NCBI RefSeq assembly: GCF_046119375.1
Contig: NW_027362767.1
Span: 379,750,001 to 379,814,000 of the forward strand
DNA: 64,000 bases
Direction: 5' to 3'
Source: Phyllobates terribilis
Taxonomy: Eukaryota
A model generated the notes under the pieces. That model saw only the letters and a list, made by a program, of their open reading frames with translations, did no database searches and was not told the DNA's origin. Each line of letters begins with the position of its first letter. The first letter of the stretch is position 1. This document shows, piece by piece, positions 24,240-36,817 of the stretch. Made by a program: the position numbers and the translations under genes.

Positions 24240-25280
24240 CTCAAATCCCTGACAGGCTGAGAGGCTTTCACTAGCCCAAGTGAAGCAGAGCCTGGTCGGC
24301 CTGGGAAAGCTGCCACCAGTTTCTATTTGATATAACGGACTTATATCAGGCTAGAAACCAGCCCGGTAGCGTGTTCGTTGGACCGAACAATGGGCGTAAG
24401 GTTCATGGATCGAGATAAAAGAAAAGCCCAAGGTTAAATTATATATTTAATCGCCTTAGGGACACACTAAACAATACGCTATATACATAAGGGTTATACA
24501 TACAAAGTGGTCAGAGTTACAAACACAAAAGTATGGGTACAAAATATATAAAGTAGTTATTACAAGTCAGTTACCAGTTAGATGGGAGGTTTGTGGGCCT
24601 TCTCTTTGTTGTTGCAGGACTTTTCCCACACGACTTGACGTCAAGACCTTCCCAGGAAAAAGACGCTGGGCTCTGGTAGCAGGGACTTTTAAACACTCTG
24701 GTTCACTACCCGCCCCCGATTGAGCCCAAGTCTCCACCCCTGTTCTCTCCCAGCTACAGATTCCAAAACTAAAAGAGGCTATACCTCCTTACTGAACGCT
24801 CCTAGGGAGCCGGTTCTGGCGTCATCGGACCCAGCCGGGCCCCATGCTACGCGTGGATACCAAGCACCAGGGTCCAAGCGGCCCCCGCAAGGCTGTGCTG
24901 GATATCTCCCTTTCCGTACGTGCTAGACTGTGTTAAAAGCTTGGGTGACATTCTCCCGCTTCGTGTGTTTTCAAAAATCTAGTTTGTTTATCAATGGGAC
25001 ATATCGTATTCCCATAACTCGGTGTGGAATTATAGTTTCTTACACAAAGGACTGCATGGCCGGGCTGTAGCAGCTTCACAGCTGCTGGTGGGGGTTTTGT
25101 CACTCACGGCCTGTCGGCCCCCTCCTTTGCAAGCTGCAGTATCGAATTACACTGTACATGGAGATCTCTATAAAAACTGCCAAACAGGGCTCAGTGATGG
25201 ACATGGAATTGTCTTGAATATTCTTCACAACCCCATGCCCTCAAAAAAGTATGTGGTGGAGTAGGCGGGCTCATAAATCC
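24240..25280 (-). mobile_element. Possible solo LTR / ERV-like remnant in V2R intron 4
   Basis: LTR-like composition with TATA-like and polyA-like signals on -. Termini and TSD were not resolved. Confidence 0.3.
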
Positions 25281-25369
25281 AACTTTTAAAAATAGGGAGA
25301 GGAATATGTATTGCGGCATGTATACTGTATTAATATCCCTACTGAAGCCCCTTAGTGTTGTCACCCACT

Positions 25370-25900
25370 ATAACATCACTTTCATGACGCCCATAGAGTA
25401 TGATGCCCCCCAAATCACCCCACCCACACAGTATTGTAGCCCATAGTGAATTCCCTCACACAATTTGCCATCACAGTACCTCCACACACAAAGTATGATG
25501 CCCTCATAGGTGCCCCAAACACAATATGATGCTGCCACAGAGCTCCCAATGTCACCTTCAGCAAAGCATAATGCTCCTAAAGTTTTCCTCACACAGTATG
25601 ATGTCCCCATAGTTCCCCAAACACACAGTATGATGTCCCCATAGTTCCCCTCACACAGTTTGATGTCCCCATAGTTCCCAAACACACAGTATGATGTCAC
25701 CCCCCATATGGTATCATGGAACCAACAGTCCCCCACACAGTATGATGGAACATGCAACCCACCACAGACAGTATCATGGTCCTTACAGCCCCTCACACAG
25801 TATCATAGTTCCCACTCGGTATGATGTCCCAACAGACAGTATCGTGGACCCCACTCAATATGTTGGTCCTCACCCAGTATCAGTGTCCCTACAACCGCCA
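25370..25900. repeat. Degenerate ~30-bp tandem repeat
   Basis: Recurring CACACAGTATGATGTCCCCATAGTTCCC variants. Confidence 0.7.
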
Positions 25901-26504
25901 ACAAGTACATAAAAAAATAAAACTTCCCCTTAGCACTGTTTCCCCAAAGGTGCATGTGGACTGAGACTTCGCACAGTAGGCATGACCAAGAAACATCATT
26001 GTGCCTGCTGTGCTGAGACTCAGGCTCAGGCTCAGGTTGTATGGTGCAGCAGGGAGCCGAGAGCCTTGTTACACCCTTCTAATCAAGAATATACCGTATG
26101 AATCCTGGGATGCAGATATCGGTGAACTTGTGACAATGGGCACCATAGAGGCCATGTGTTCTGCTGCTATGGGCATTATGACCCTAGTTGTGGTGTATAA
26201 TTTGCTGTCACAGTCGTGTGTTGAGTAAAGCATGTCATATAGTGTATTTATTTAACAATTACTGATGCAGTAATTTATTACATTTTATTAATTTGCTTCT
26301 CCAGGGCTTTAGAGTCCAGAGGCTGGTGTCATTTTGTGAATGGCAGTCCATCCTGTGTGACTATTCATAAAGAGATATCGGTCAATCATGGGATGACCAT
26401 CCAACTGGACTCCTAAGCCTAGAATGAAAAAGAATTTATATAAAATTTAATTTTCTCTCACAAAGCTAGATGGTCATCTTCACGCATTTCTATTCCTCTC
26501 CTAG

Positions 26505-26631
26505 GGACCACCACGTTCTGTCTGCAGGGACAGCTGCCAAGCTGGGTCCAGGAAAATGATACTACAAGGAAAGCCAGCCTGCTGCTATGATTGCATTCCT
26601 TGCCCCAGAGGAGAGGTTACCAATCACACTG
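26505..26631 (+). CDS. V2R exon 5 (cysteine-rich domain)
   Basis: Encodes PPRSVCRDSC...GKPACCYDCIPCPRGEVTN. 127 bp, phase 0/1, donor GTAAAT. Confidence 0.92.
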
Positions 26632-26716
26632 GTAAATGCTGGCACCACCATAACTCTCAGTATAAAGGACATGAACTCATATCGTATCATACCGTGTGTT
26701 TAATTCTTTCCTGCAG

Positions 26717-27642
26717 ACATGATCAGCTGTTGGAAATGCCCTGATGACCAATGGCCGACTGAAAAAAAAGATGAATGCATTAAAAAACAAATGACCTATC
26801 TGTCGTATGAAGACTTCTTGGGTAGAACTCTAGCTTGCAGCGCCATTGTACTTTCGCTTGCTTCTCTCTTCACTCTTGCCATGTTCACCCATTATCAGAA
26901 CTCTTCGGTCATTAAAGCCACCAACAGAAACTTAAGTTTCCTTCTCCTCTTGTCGCTTACTTTTACATTCTGCAGTTGTCTGGTCTTTGTTGGACATCCA
27001 GGACACATAACTTGTTTATTACGGCAAACAGTTTTTGGAATGTCTTTTACGGTCTCAGTGTCCTCCTTGTTGGCAAAAACCATACTTGTCATTATGGCCT
27101 TTCGAGCTATCAAACCTGGAAGCCAACTGAGAAGATTCATGGGGAAAAAGCTTCCATGTTCCATTGTTGGTTTGTGCTCTTCTATTCAGGCTGTTATCTG
27201 TGCCTTGTGGTTGGGAACAGATCCTCCTACCCGATTTTTGGATCTCAACTCACAGTCTGGTCAGATAGTCGTTGAATGTGAAGAGCACCTTGGCTTCTAT
27301 CTCATGCTGTCATATATCGGCTTTCTTGCCATGGGATGTTCCATCATAGCTTTTCCAGCTAGGAATCTACCCGACAGATACAATGAAGCAAAGTTCATTA
27401 CTTTCAGCATGTTGGTCTTCTTCAGTGTCTGGATTACCTTCATACCGGCATACCTGAGCACCAAAGGGAAATATACAGTGGCTGTAGAAGTTTTCGCCAT
27501 CCTTGTATCTGCAGCTGGGGTTTTGGTCTGTATTTTCTTTCCCAAATGCTTCATAATCTTGTATGGACCAGAAAAAACAAAGAGTAAAGCAAGAAAATTT
27601 CCAAAGCTGTTGACAAAATTTGCAAGTCAAAGATCATTCTAG
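26717..27642 (+). CDS. V2R exon 6 (end of Cys-rich domain and 7TM)
   Basis: Encodes CWKCPDDQWP, KATNRNLSFLLL, LLAKT and ARNLPDRYNEAKFITFSML, ending in TAG. The six exons total 2568 bp (855 aa). AATAAA at about 27659. Confidence 0.95.
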
Positions 27643-29689
27643 CTGTGGATCAAAGTGCAAATAAAGAAAAAAAATAAAATTCTCCTATATTAGTAAAAGT
27701 TCGGGGTTATAGATAATTTAGTGAAAAAAAAATTATAATTGGTGGAGAAAAGTTGAACTTAATGGACCCAGGTCTTTTTTCAACCTATGTAACTAAATGT
27801 TATTTCCAATAAAGAGTCTTATCTCCGTGTAACTCCTTTTAAGGTGCCCTAGTGGTGGCCCGTAGCCCAGAATACCCTTTATTAGTGGGAGCATGGAGAA
27901 GTTTCTGAGCGACACATTCATTTAAAGAGTCACCAGGTAGCACCACATTGGTCTTGGGAGTGGTTGATCCAGTAGAAATGCATGGCAGCCTGCAGCCCTT
28001 CCTGGTGATGACAGCTGATAGTCAAGGGTGTTGGAGGGGGTACACCCCTTTAAAATATTATCCTTCAGATTTTAAAAAGAATCCATCACCAGGTTTTTGC
28101 TACCTCATCTGAGAGCAGCATAATGTAAAGGCAGATTCCCTGATTCCAGTGATGTGTCACTTAGAATCACAGTTTTCTCTGCTGCAGATCTAGCAGAGCT
28201 CTGAATGCTGAGCTCTGTATGCTGAGCTCTGTATAACCCCGCCCACACCACTGATTGGCAGCTTTCTGTGCACACTGTGTATAGGCAGAAACTGCTTATC
28301 AGTGGTGGGGGAGTAGTTGGACCAGGACATACCTTGTGATGTAGAGATAATCTCCTGCTGATAAAACACTTATTTAATTGAAACCCCAAAACACACCCTA
28401 GTAAGTGACAGATTGCTGGAATCAAGGTGTCTGCCCCTTCTTAATGTTGACATATTCCCATTAAGTCTTATAAGGAATGCATCATAAAAACATTACCTAT
28501 TTTTTTTTTCACTCTTCAGACCACGTTCAATTTTACTTTTAAAGTGTTACGGCACTTCTCAAAAACCCTTCATATGACGTAAAGACACGACAGAAGTTTT
28601 GATCGGTTGGGGCGCAGACGCTGAGATCTGAACCAGTCAATGAACAAAGGTGCACCAGTTGGCCACTCAGCTCCTTTCGAAGACTAAAGAGGTTCCCAAA
28701 GACAGTCGGAGTCTTCTGCTCCTTATTGATCAAAATTTCAACCAAGTAATTATGGGAAAATATTTTGAAAGTGCCATTACGCTTTACAACATCTTTTTTT
28801 TTTAAATAAACTTTTTATTTTTTTCAATATTCCCTTCTTTAATGGTGGAAGGGACTCGCCTTCAGACACTAATGGGACTGGGCAGCTCTGAATCACCAAT
28901 GTGACACCTCCTATCAGTGAGGCACCATCTCTTACAGCAGTGTCAGCTAAGTACTATGTCAATACTTTACTACTGATGAACAGAGGGGAAAGGCTTGGAG
29001 TTCTTTTGAATATGTTTGCCTTTATACTTATGCAAATGTGGTGACCATTTCAGGTTACCTGGCTTCCATTGTGTTGATATGCACATGAAATATAACACCT
29101 TCTTGAATATCCTAGGATTTTAATTAAAAGGTGTGTAAGGGACATTTGTATATATTTTCTGACTTGGTTGCTATATACTGTAGCATAATATTGGTGTATG
29201 CTTTTGTTGTCAGTTCCTTGGCTTATCTATTCTACCTTCTCATATGTCAATTTTTTTCACCTATCTAATACTATTAGCTATAGGGCCTACTAGGGCTATA
29301 AGAAGGTGAGCCTACATTATGCGGGGGCGCCATTTGCGTAACTAGGGTGCCAACCTCTACGGCTAGGCAGGGTATTTTACTTATGAGGGACTGTACAGGG
29401 GACTTCAGAGTGAGGTTATCAACATCTTTTGGCTAACGGTTCTCTCTGTTGTTACAACACCCTCAATTACAGCCATAGAGAGGCATAAGATTGACCCATA
29501 CCTTGTTCCCAGATTTCTTCAATGTTCAAAGTTTATACAGATACAGTGGCATGTAGAAGTTTGGGCACCCCTGGTCAAAATTACTGTTATTATGAACACT
29601 TAAGCAAGTTGAAGATGAAATGATCTCTAAAAAAGTTAAAGATGACACATTTCCTTTGTATTTTAGGCAAAAAAAAAAAAGAAGAAAAT

Positions 29690-31248
29690 TGTACATTCAC
29701 ACTGAAGGCATCAAAACTATGAATTAACACATGTGGAATTATATACTTAACAAAAAAGTGCGAAACAACTGAAAATATGTCTTATATTCTAGGTTCTTCA
29801 AAGTAGCCACCTTTTGCTTTGATGACTGCTTTGCACACTCTTGGCATTCTCTTGATGAGCTTCAAGAGGTAGTCACCGGAAATGGTCTTCCAACAATCTT
29901 GAAGGAGTTCCCAGAGATGCTTAGCACTTGTTGGCCCTTTTGCCTTCACTCTGCGGTCCAGCTTACCCCAAACCATCTTGATTGGGTTCAGGTCTGGTGA
30001 CTGTGGAGGCCAAGTCATCTGGCGTAGCACCCCATCACTTTCCTTCTTGGTCAAATAGCCCTTACACAGCCTGGAGGTGTGTTTGGGGTCATTGTCCTGT
30101 TGAAAAATAAATGATGGTCCAACTAAACGCAAACCGGACGGAATAGCATGCCGCTGCAAGATGCTGTGGTAGCCATGTTGGTTCAGTATGCCTTCAATTT
30201 TGAATAAATCCCCAACAGTGTCACCAGCAAAGCACCCCCACACCATCACACCTCCTCCTCCATGCTTCACGATGGGAACCAGGCATGTAGAGTCCATCCG
30301 TTCACCTTTTCTGCGTCGCACAAAGACACGTTGGTTGGAACCAAAGATCTGAAATTTGGACTCATCAGACCAAAGCACAGATTTCCAGTGGTCTAATGTC
30401 CATTCCTTGTGTTCTTTAGCCAAAACAAGTCTCTTCTGCTTGTTGCCTGTCCTTAGCAGTGGTTTCCTAGCAGCTATTTTACCAATAAGGCCTGCTGCAC
30501 AAAGTCTCCTTTTAACAGTTGTTGTAGAGATGTGTCTGCTGCTAGAACTCTGTGTGGCATTGCCCTGGTCTCTAATCTGAGCTGCTGTTAACCTGCGATT
30601 TCTGAGGCTGGTGACTCGAATAAACTTATCCTCAGAAGCAGAGGTGACTCTTGGTCTTCCTTTCCTGGGGCGGTCCTCATCTGAGCCAGTTTCTTTGTAG
30701 CGCTTGATGGTTTTTGCAACTGCACTTGGGGACACTTTCAAAGTTTGCCCAATTTTTCGGACTGACTGACCTTGATTTCTTAAAGTAATGATGGCCACTC
30801 GTTTTTCTTTACTTAGCTGCTTTTTTCTTATCATAATACAAATTCTAATAGTCTATTCAATAGGACTATCAGCTGTGTATCCACCTGACTTCTGCACAAC
30901 ACAACTGATGGTCCCAACCCCATTTATAAGGCAAGAAATCCCACTTATTAAACCTGACAGGGCACACCTGTGAAGTGAAAACCATTTCAGGTGACTACTT
31001 CTTGAAGCTGATCAAGAGAATGCCAAGAGTGTGCAAAGCAGTCATCAAAGCAAAAGGTGGCTACTTTGAAGAACCTAGAATAGAAGACATATTTTCAGTT
31101 GTTTCACACTTTTTTGTTAAGTATATAATTCCACAAGTGTTAATTCATAGTTTTGATGCCTTCAGTGTGAATGTACAATTTTCAAAGTAATGAAAATACA
31201 GAAAAATCTTCAAATGAGAAGGTGTGTCCAAACTTTTGGTCTGTACTG
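29690..31248 (-). mobile_element. Nested Tc1/mariner DD38E (Intruder-type) element, one terminus truncated
   Basis: Right end ...CTGTACTG|TA at 31248. A long inverted repeat (29690-29885 and ~30975-31180) includes the last transposase codons. Confidence 0.85.
29782..30834 (-). CDS. Tc1-family transposase ORF, 350 aa, DD38E spacing with catalytic Glu changed to Lys
   Basis: Motifs WSDES, QQDNDPKH and SPDLNPIKMVW. 38 residues counted between the Asp and the position of the Glu. Confidence 0.85.
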   Translation of the reverse strand: MIRKKQLSKEKRVAIITLRNQGQSVRKIGQTLKVSPSAVAKTIKRYKETGSDEDRPRKGRPRVTSASEDKFIRVTSLRNRRLTAAQIRDQGNATQSSSSRHISTTTVKRRLCAAGLIGKIAARKPLLRTGNKQKRLVLAKEHKEWTLDHWKSVLWSDESKFQIFGSNQRVFVRRRKGERMDSTCLVPIVKHGGGGVMVWGCFAGDTVGDLFKIEGILNQHGYHSILQRHAIPSGLRLVGPSFIFQQDNDPKHTSRLCKGYLTKKESDGVLRQMTWPPQSPDLNPIKMVWGKLDRRVKAKGPTSAKHLWELLQDCWKTISGDYLLKLIKRMPRVCKAVIKAKGGYFEEPRI

Positions 31249-32079
31249 TATATATTTTCATCTTTACATTTTAAAAATTAAAAAAAGGAAAATGGGACGA
31301 TGCAAAAATTTGGGCACCCCTGGAGATGTGTGTGCTCAAATAACTTTGACCAAGGTTTCAGACCTTAATTAGCCTGTTAGGGCTAGGGCTTGTTCATCGT
31401 TAGGAAAGGTCACGTGATGCAAATTTCCCAGCCTTATAAAAACCCAGCCTCCTCTAATCTTGTGCCCAAAAACAGCATCCATGGGTTCTTCTAAGTAGCT
31501 GCCTAGCACTCTGAAAACGAAGGCTATAAGAAGATAAAGCGTTTTCAAGTTGCCCTTTCCTTAGTTCGAAATGTAATTAAGAAATGGCAGTAAAGAGGAA
31601 CAGTGGAGGTCAAGGTAGGGTCTGGAAGACCAAGCAAAATGTCAGAGCTGCTCATAGGATTGCTAGAGAGGCAAATCATAACCCCTTGACTGCAGAAGAC
31701 CTTCAGAAAGATTTAGCAGACTCTGGAGTTGTGGTACATTGTTCTACTATTCAGAGACATCTGTACAAATATGGCCTTTATGGAACAGTCATCAGAAGAA
31801 AACCTCTCCTGCGTCCTCACCATAAAATTCAGCGTTAGAAGTATGCTTTGGGGTTGTGTTGCAGTTAATGGCACAAGTAACATTTCACGGGTAGAAGGAA
31901 AAATGGATTCAATTAAATTTCAACAAATTCTTGATGCAAACATAAAACCCTCTATAAAAAGCTGAAGTTGAAAAGAGGATGGCTTCTACAAATATATAAT
32001 CATCCCAAACACACGTCAAAATCCACAATATACTAAACTCAAAAGGCGCAAGCTGAAGGTCTTACAATAGCCCTCACAG

Positions 32080-32405
32080 CAGGGCTGTGGAGTCCATTTT
32101 GGTGGAGTCGGAATCGGAGTTGGAATAAAATGGACTGACTCCAACTCCTAAAATATATAATAAATTGGGTACAGTAGTTCAATGCAGTTTGTGGGGAATA
32201 TCTTTTCATAAGAATTTGAGAAAGTTATGAAATGTCCTATAAATATCTGTCCTGTTCCTGATCTAAGGGTCTAGACTTTTAGCTGAGATGAATCTGTGCT
32301 TCAGTAAATTTATCACTTAAACATGAGCCATGTATAAGGGAGTCGGAGTCATGGAAATTGAGGAGTCGGGAGTGGGAGGTTTGGCTTACCGACTCCACAG
32401 CCCTG
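32080..32405. mobile_element. hAT-type MITE inserted in the Tc1 remnant
   Basis: TIRs CAGGGCTGTGGAGTC and GACTCCACAGCCCTG, with perfect 8-bp TSD CCTCACAG. Confidence 0.88.
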
Positions 32406-34102
32406 CCTCACAGTCCACTGATCTGAACGTCATTGAAAATCTCAGACTAGACCTCAAAAGAGCAGTGCATGCAAGACGACCCAGAATCTCACAGAACTGG
32501 AAGAATGGATGAAAATCCCTCAAACAGGAATTGAAAGACTCTTGTCTGGCTACAAAAAGTGTTCACATGCTGTTATACTTTCAAAAGAGGGCGCTACTAG
32601 GTACTAACCATGCAGGGTGCCCAATCTTCTGCATTGGCACATATTCCTTTTTGTAATTTTTAAAATGTAAGAGATGAAAAAATATGTATTTTTTTCCCCT
32701 AAAATACAAAGTAAATGTGTCATCTGTAACTTTAGGCCTTTTAGAGATCATTTCATCTTCAACTTGCTTAACTGTTCACAACAACAGTAATTTTAGCCAC
32801 AGTTGCCCAAACTTTTACATGTCACTGTAGACCTTTTTAATGTATATTTAATAAAAATTAATGCTTTTATAAGTTGCATTTTTTCTGTGAATTATAAAAA
32901 AGGAGAGGCTTCCGTCAGCGGTATTACAGAGGAGAACTCCTGACTCCAATACTCCTTCTCTGAATTTGGTCATATATACATAGAAATATATTATTTATCT
33001 GCTTCATGAAAAAGCAGAAATGCAGAGACTGAGATTAAGCCCAATTTATAAAGAGGGTTTAGCAAATTTTCGGGGCATAAAATTGCTTGAAATGCCGCAA
33101 TTTTTTTGCACAACTTGTAGTTGTGCAAAAATTTAGCAATTTTTATGAGGGTTTTTGTTCAATCCCGGATAGCTTTGCCAACTATTTGAAGAGAGGGCAT
33201 GGCCAATTAAATTCAGCAAATTTTATGCCGAAAATGTGGCGTAGATTACTACAGAAATGTACTCCAGTTCCAGACTGGAGGACATTTTTTTCCCAGTGAC
33301 GGATGGCAGCTGAAATATGAGCCAAATTCATTAACGCTGCTTAATGGATTTGGCGCGTTTTTCTCCACCGCTCTGTTCATCAAGACGCAAAAACGAAAGT
33401 CACTATGAATCGAGGATTTTGCAAAACAATGATTTATCATAATGAACCCCTTTATTTATCGGACACAGATGTTTGCTGCTTTGAAGGTGCTAGTAGCCCC
33501 CTTACTTCTAGGGCCGCACAGGTTGCACCAACAGTATGTTTGCCCAAGGGTCATACCTGGGTGCTCTAATGGATTGTAACATTTTTGCAAAGTGCTCAGC
33601 TAAAGAACTTACAGACTCTGTAGAAGCAAAATAGTTGAACATTTTTAATGAAGACCAGTTTTAAAGCAGCAGAGAGCGTTTGTCCAGTTTGGCACTGAAA
33701 GTTAGCAGTCAATATATGACTGCAGACTTGTGAATCCTCACATTGCGTGCTGTCAGGATTTTCCGGTGCCGGTAACTGGATCCAGTAAGAAAAAATGGAT
33801 CCGTAATAAATGAAGCAAAAATGGATAGCTAATTAACGGATCCATTTTCCATACACTTCAAGGTTAAAAAAAACGGACCCATTGGGAGATCAATTATTTA
33901 AAAAAGGACTAACAAGTTGTGTCTGAACAAGTTTTTTGCCAACTGATTGCTGCTGGATCTGTTCTAATGGATCACTACTGGACATGTGAACATAGCCTAA
34001 AACAGACATGTCAGGAGAGCAGATGGGTCCTTTTTATAAGCCCAGGTGATACATTTTTACATCACATAACAAAAACAAACTATGGAAACACAAAAAAACA
34101 TT

Positions 34103-35140
34103 TTAAGGCTTCTGTATTTCAGCCAGTACATCAGTCCATATACTAACACCAGGCACATCATAGTTCCCATCTTTACTTTTTAGGGTCCGAAGTCTAGTCA
34201 ATATGGAGTCTTTCACGTCTTCAGGTCCTTCCATCAGGTGCTTATAATGATCCATCAGTCCATCAAAAGTAAGGTTAAAGGAGTCACTACCCCATTTCCC
34301 ACAAGTCAGGTCTGGTTGCATACTACTCCCCATCTTAACCAAATGATCCATGTAGATGTTCCTGAATTTGGAGGACATGAAGCTTAATTTTGCCAGGACC
34401 TGGCATCTTACATTCATGAAAAGGCCACCAGAGAGGTCCTCATCTGACAGAAGCCAATCCAGGAGAAGATCAGATATGGGATCCTGGTGTTCGGATGCTT
34501 CATTAGATAAAAGAACAGCTACTAACAGGTGGTAGACATGTGGTCTAGAAATCCGGCCAAGAATATCTGAGACGATGAAGGACTTCTGGTTGTCTTCTGA
34601 CACCTCCAATCGTCCTTCTATACGTTTTCTCAGGAGGTTGGCTTGTGTCATTAGTATAGGGTTGTCTGATAACTCGTAAAATCCTTCAGACGCCAATAGA
34701 GGAAGAGCTAGAAGTAGTTGTGAGGCCACTTTTTTGGATATCACATGGGTTAAACTCATCGACTCAGCACCTTTGGATTCGGAGTTTCGGAGCAGTTCAG
34801 TCAGATACTTAAATACGGGATCGGGAAGAGCCTTGTTCTGGAGGAGAGACATACACAGGAGATCCCGGCCTTTACTCAGGTCATCAAACGTAACGTGATG
34901 GTAAGTTTTCAGATATCCAGAAAGTTCTTGGTTCTTCTCGGTAAGATGAGCTTCTATTGAGTTCCTAAGGGGTTTATTTGCATTGCACTGATGGTGGACA
35001 TGCTGAAAATAGGTTCCCCATTCAAGAGCTCGCTGGATGTGGAGGATATCCCAATCTTCGGCATGGACACTCTGAGATAGCGCCAGAACTTCTAGAAATT
35101 GGTCCAAATTGTCCAGCAGGGTCCTCATCTTCCCAGCCAT
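34103..35140 (-). CDS. FANCF: Fanconi anemia group F protein, single coding exon, 345 aa
   Basis: N-terminus MRTLLDNLDQFLEVLALS...WD...IQRALEWGTYFQH resembles human MESLLQHLDRFSELLAVS...WD...VRRALQWARYLRH. C-terminus VPGVSIWTDVL resembles human PGLSIWTDLL. Probable start MAGK at 35140 (alternative 35128), downstream of an acceptor TTCTACAATTTAG ending at 35158. Confidence 0.92.
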   Translation of the reverse strand: MAGKMRTLLDNLDQFLEVLALSQSVHAEDWDILHIQRALEWGTYFQHVHHQCNANKPLRNSIEAHLTEKNQELSGYLKTYHHVTFDDLSKGRDLLCMSLLQNKALPDPVFKYLTELLRNSESKGAESMSLTHVISKKVASQLLLALPLLASEGFYELSDNPILMTQANLLRKRIEGRLEVSEDNQKSFIVSDILGRISRPHVYHLLVAVLLSNEASEHQDPISDLLLDWLLSDEDLSGGLFMNVRCQVLAKLSFMSSKFRNIYMDHLVKMGSSMQPDLTCGKWGSDSFNLTFDGLMDHYKHLMEGPEDVKDSILTRLRTLKSKDGNYDVPGVSIWTDVLAEIQKP

Positions 35141-36817
35141 GATGCCATCACATCCACCTAAATTGTAGAAAGAGAGATGGGGAAAACAAGTGATGCCCCC
35201 AGATCCACAGGATAAATGCATCCGACCCCCCACCGATCCTGAGCATGGGAATAGGCACGGCAAAGTTAGCGAGCATGTGACCATGAGAACTTGTTCTATG
35301 TGGGAGAAATTGTACTAATAAATATTTTTGGGCTGTGAATATAGAGAGTAAAAAGTAATTTAGTCTATTTCCCCCCACATTTCATGCGGAGTAACCTGTT
35401 TTATTAAGTGGGTTGCCACCTTTGGGGATAATTCTTTTTATTATTACTTAAATACATCTATTTGGGGCTAAACATCATTTTTGCAATTGGGTTTCACTCA
35501 AAATATTGCAGCCTTTGCCTTCTATGGCCTCTGTGTTGCACGGAGTATTTCTGGGCTGCAGAATGAGATAAAGGGAACTTTGTCATGTGTTTCATGCCGC
35601 TCAAACCACGATCGCAGCCAGGTATATTTTTTTTCATGAAAAGTTTCAGCATTTCAGAGAAAATATACTCTACTCCCAGTGATTGACAGGTCTTTCGCTA
35701 TGGGAGAGACTTGTCAATCATCTGCAGGGATGCTGTAAGTAGCCAGCGGGGTTGGTGGTGCAAGACTTGACTCGTCTCCGACTCTTGTTGTAGAAAGTTC
35801 TTGCATCCTAACTGAGAAGTAGATGGCGTCTTTGCACTTGGGAAACGTTTTTATTTCGAAGGCCTGAGGCCAGATGACCTTTGTCGGGTCTTCGTTACAC
35901 AAACTTGAGGTCAGATGTCCATTCCAAACGAAGGTGAACCCTTTGAAGAAAGTGAACTCAGACCACCAAACACCAGACGGATTGTGAATAGAACAATGAC
36001 CCACCAGCTTGTCTTGTCAATGTTATCAACCAGAGCACCACAGGAGATGTCTACATAACAATGGCTGATCGTCCATTAGCAATATCTAACTATTGTATGT
36101 CAAGTGAGAGATATTGCAAATGGAGCATATTATCAAAGGTCCCGGCCAGGTCATCAAACAAGATTTACTCTTAAAACGCCATGCCCAAAAAATACACAGC
36201 GTGCTGCAACCGCACATTCAATCTGATTTGTGCAGCACAAATTGCTTGACATTGTCACTGAGCTTCTTCTGATGGGAGAGTTTGAGGTTCCTTTATCGGT
36301 CTTTTTCTGAGCTCCTATCGCTGATTTATGACCATGGACCACATCAAAGGTGAATGTGCAGGAAACAAAGAGCCTATGGCAGCAAAATGGTGCAATAATC
36401 CCAATTGCAAAAAAATGTTTTTTTTTTATTGTAAAATACATGGATTAAAAATTAAAAAAAAAAAAAAAAAAAATAGTCCTCAAAAGGTTTGACAACCCCT
36501 AACTGGTTTACCATCTTTGTGTCCATACCTGATGTGCATAATTGTGATGCCCATTATAATACATTTTACACAAAATAGTTCTTTATTTGACTGGATGCCA
36601 GTATATTATGCGGTGTCTATGACATGGGCGGCTGTCAGGGCGCTCGTCATACTGAGGCTGGCTTCACAAATCTGTGTTCCGTGATCCTGGTACGGACTGC
36701 AACCGCCCGGGCAGATTATGAACCGCCAGACCTGAATGAACAGTCTCATGTGCTTATAGTTCATGCCAGATCAGTGATCGGTCTGGAAATCACCGTCCAT
36801 ACATGTAATCGCCCTCT

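Larger units (their letters stand above)
29544..32827 (+). mobile_element. Degenerate Tc1 element with long TIRs, host of two nested insertions
   Basis: TA|CAGTGGCATGTAGAAGTTTGGGCA...CCAAACTTTTACATGTCACTG|TA. Broken transposase at about 31480-32600 (RRKPLL, WGC, PDLNVIENL). Confidence 0.8.

Noticed and set aside
35141-35284. 48-aa N-terminal extension of FANCF in the ORF track
   Set aside because: Homology to FANCF begins at MAGKM/MRTLL, and a splice acceptor ends at 35158, so the extension is probably intronic.
35714-36004. 96-aa minus-strand ORF upstream of FANCF
   Set aside because: No recognisable homology and no convincing splice context.
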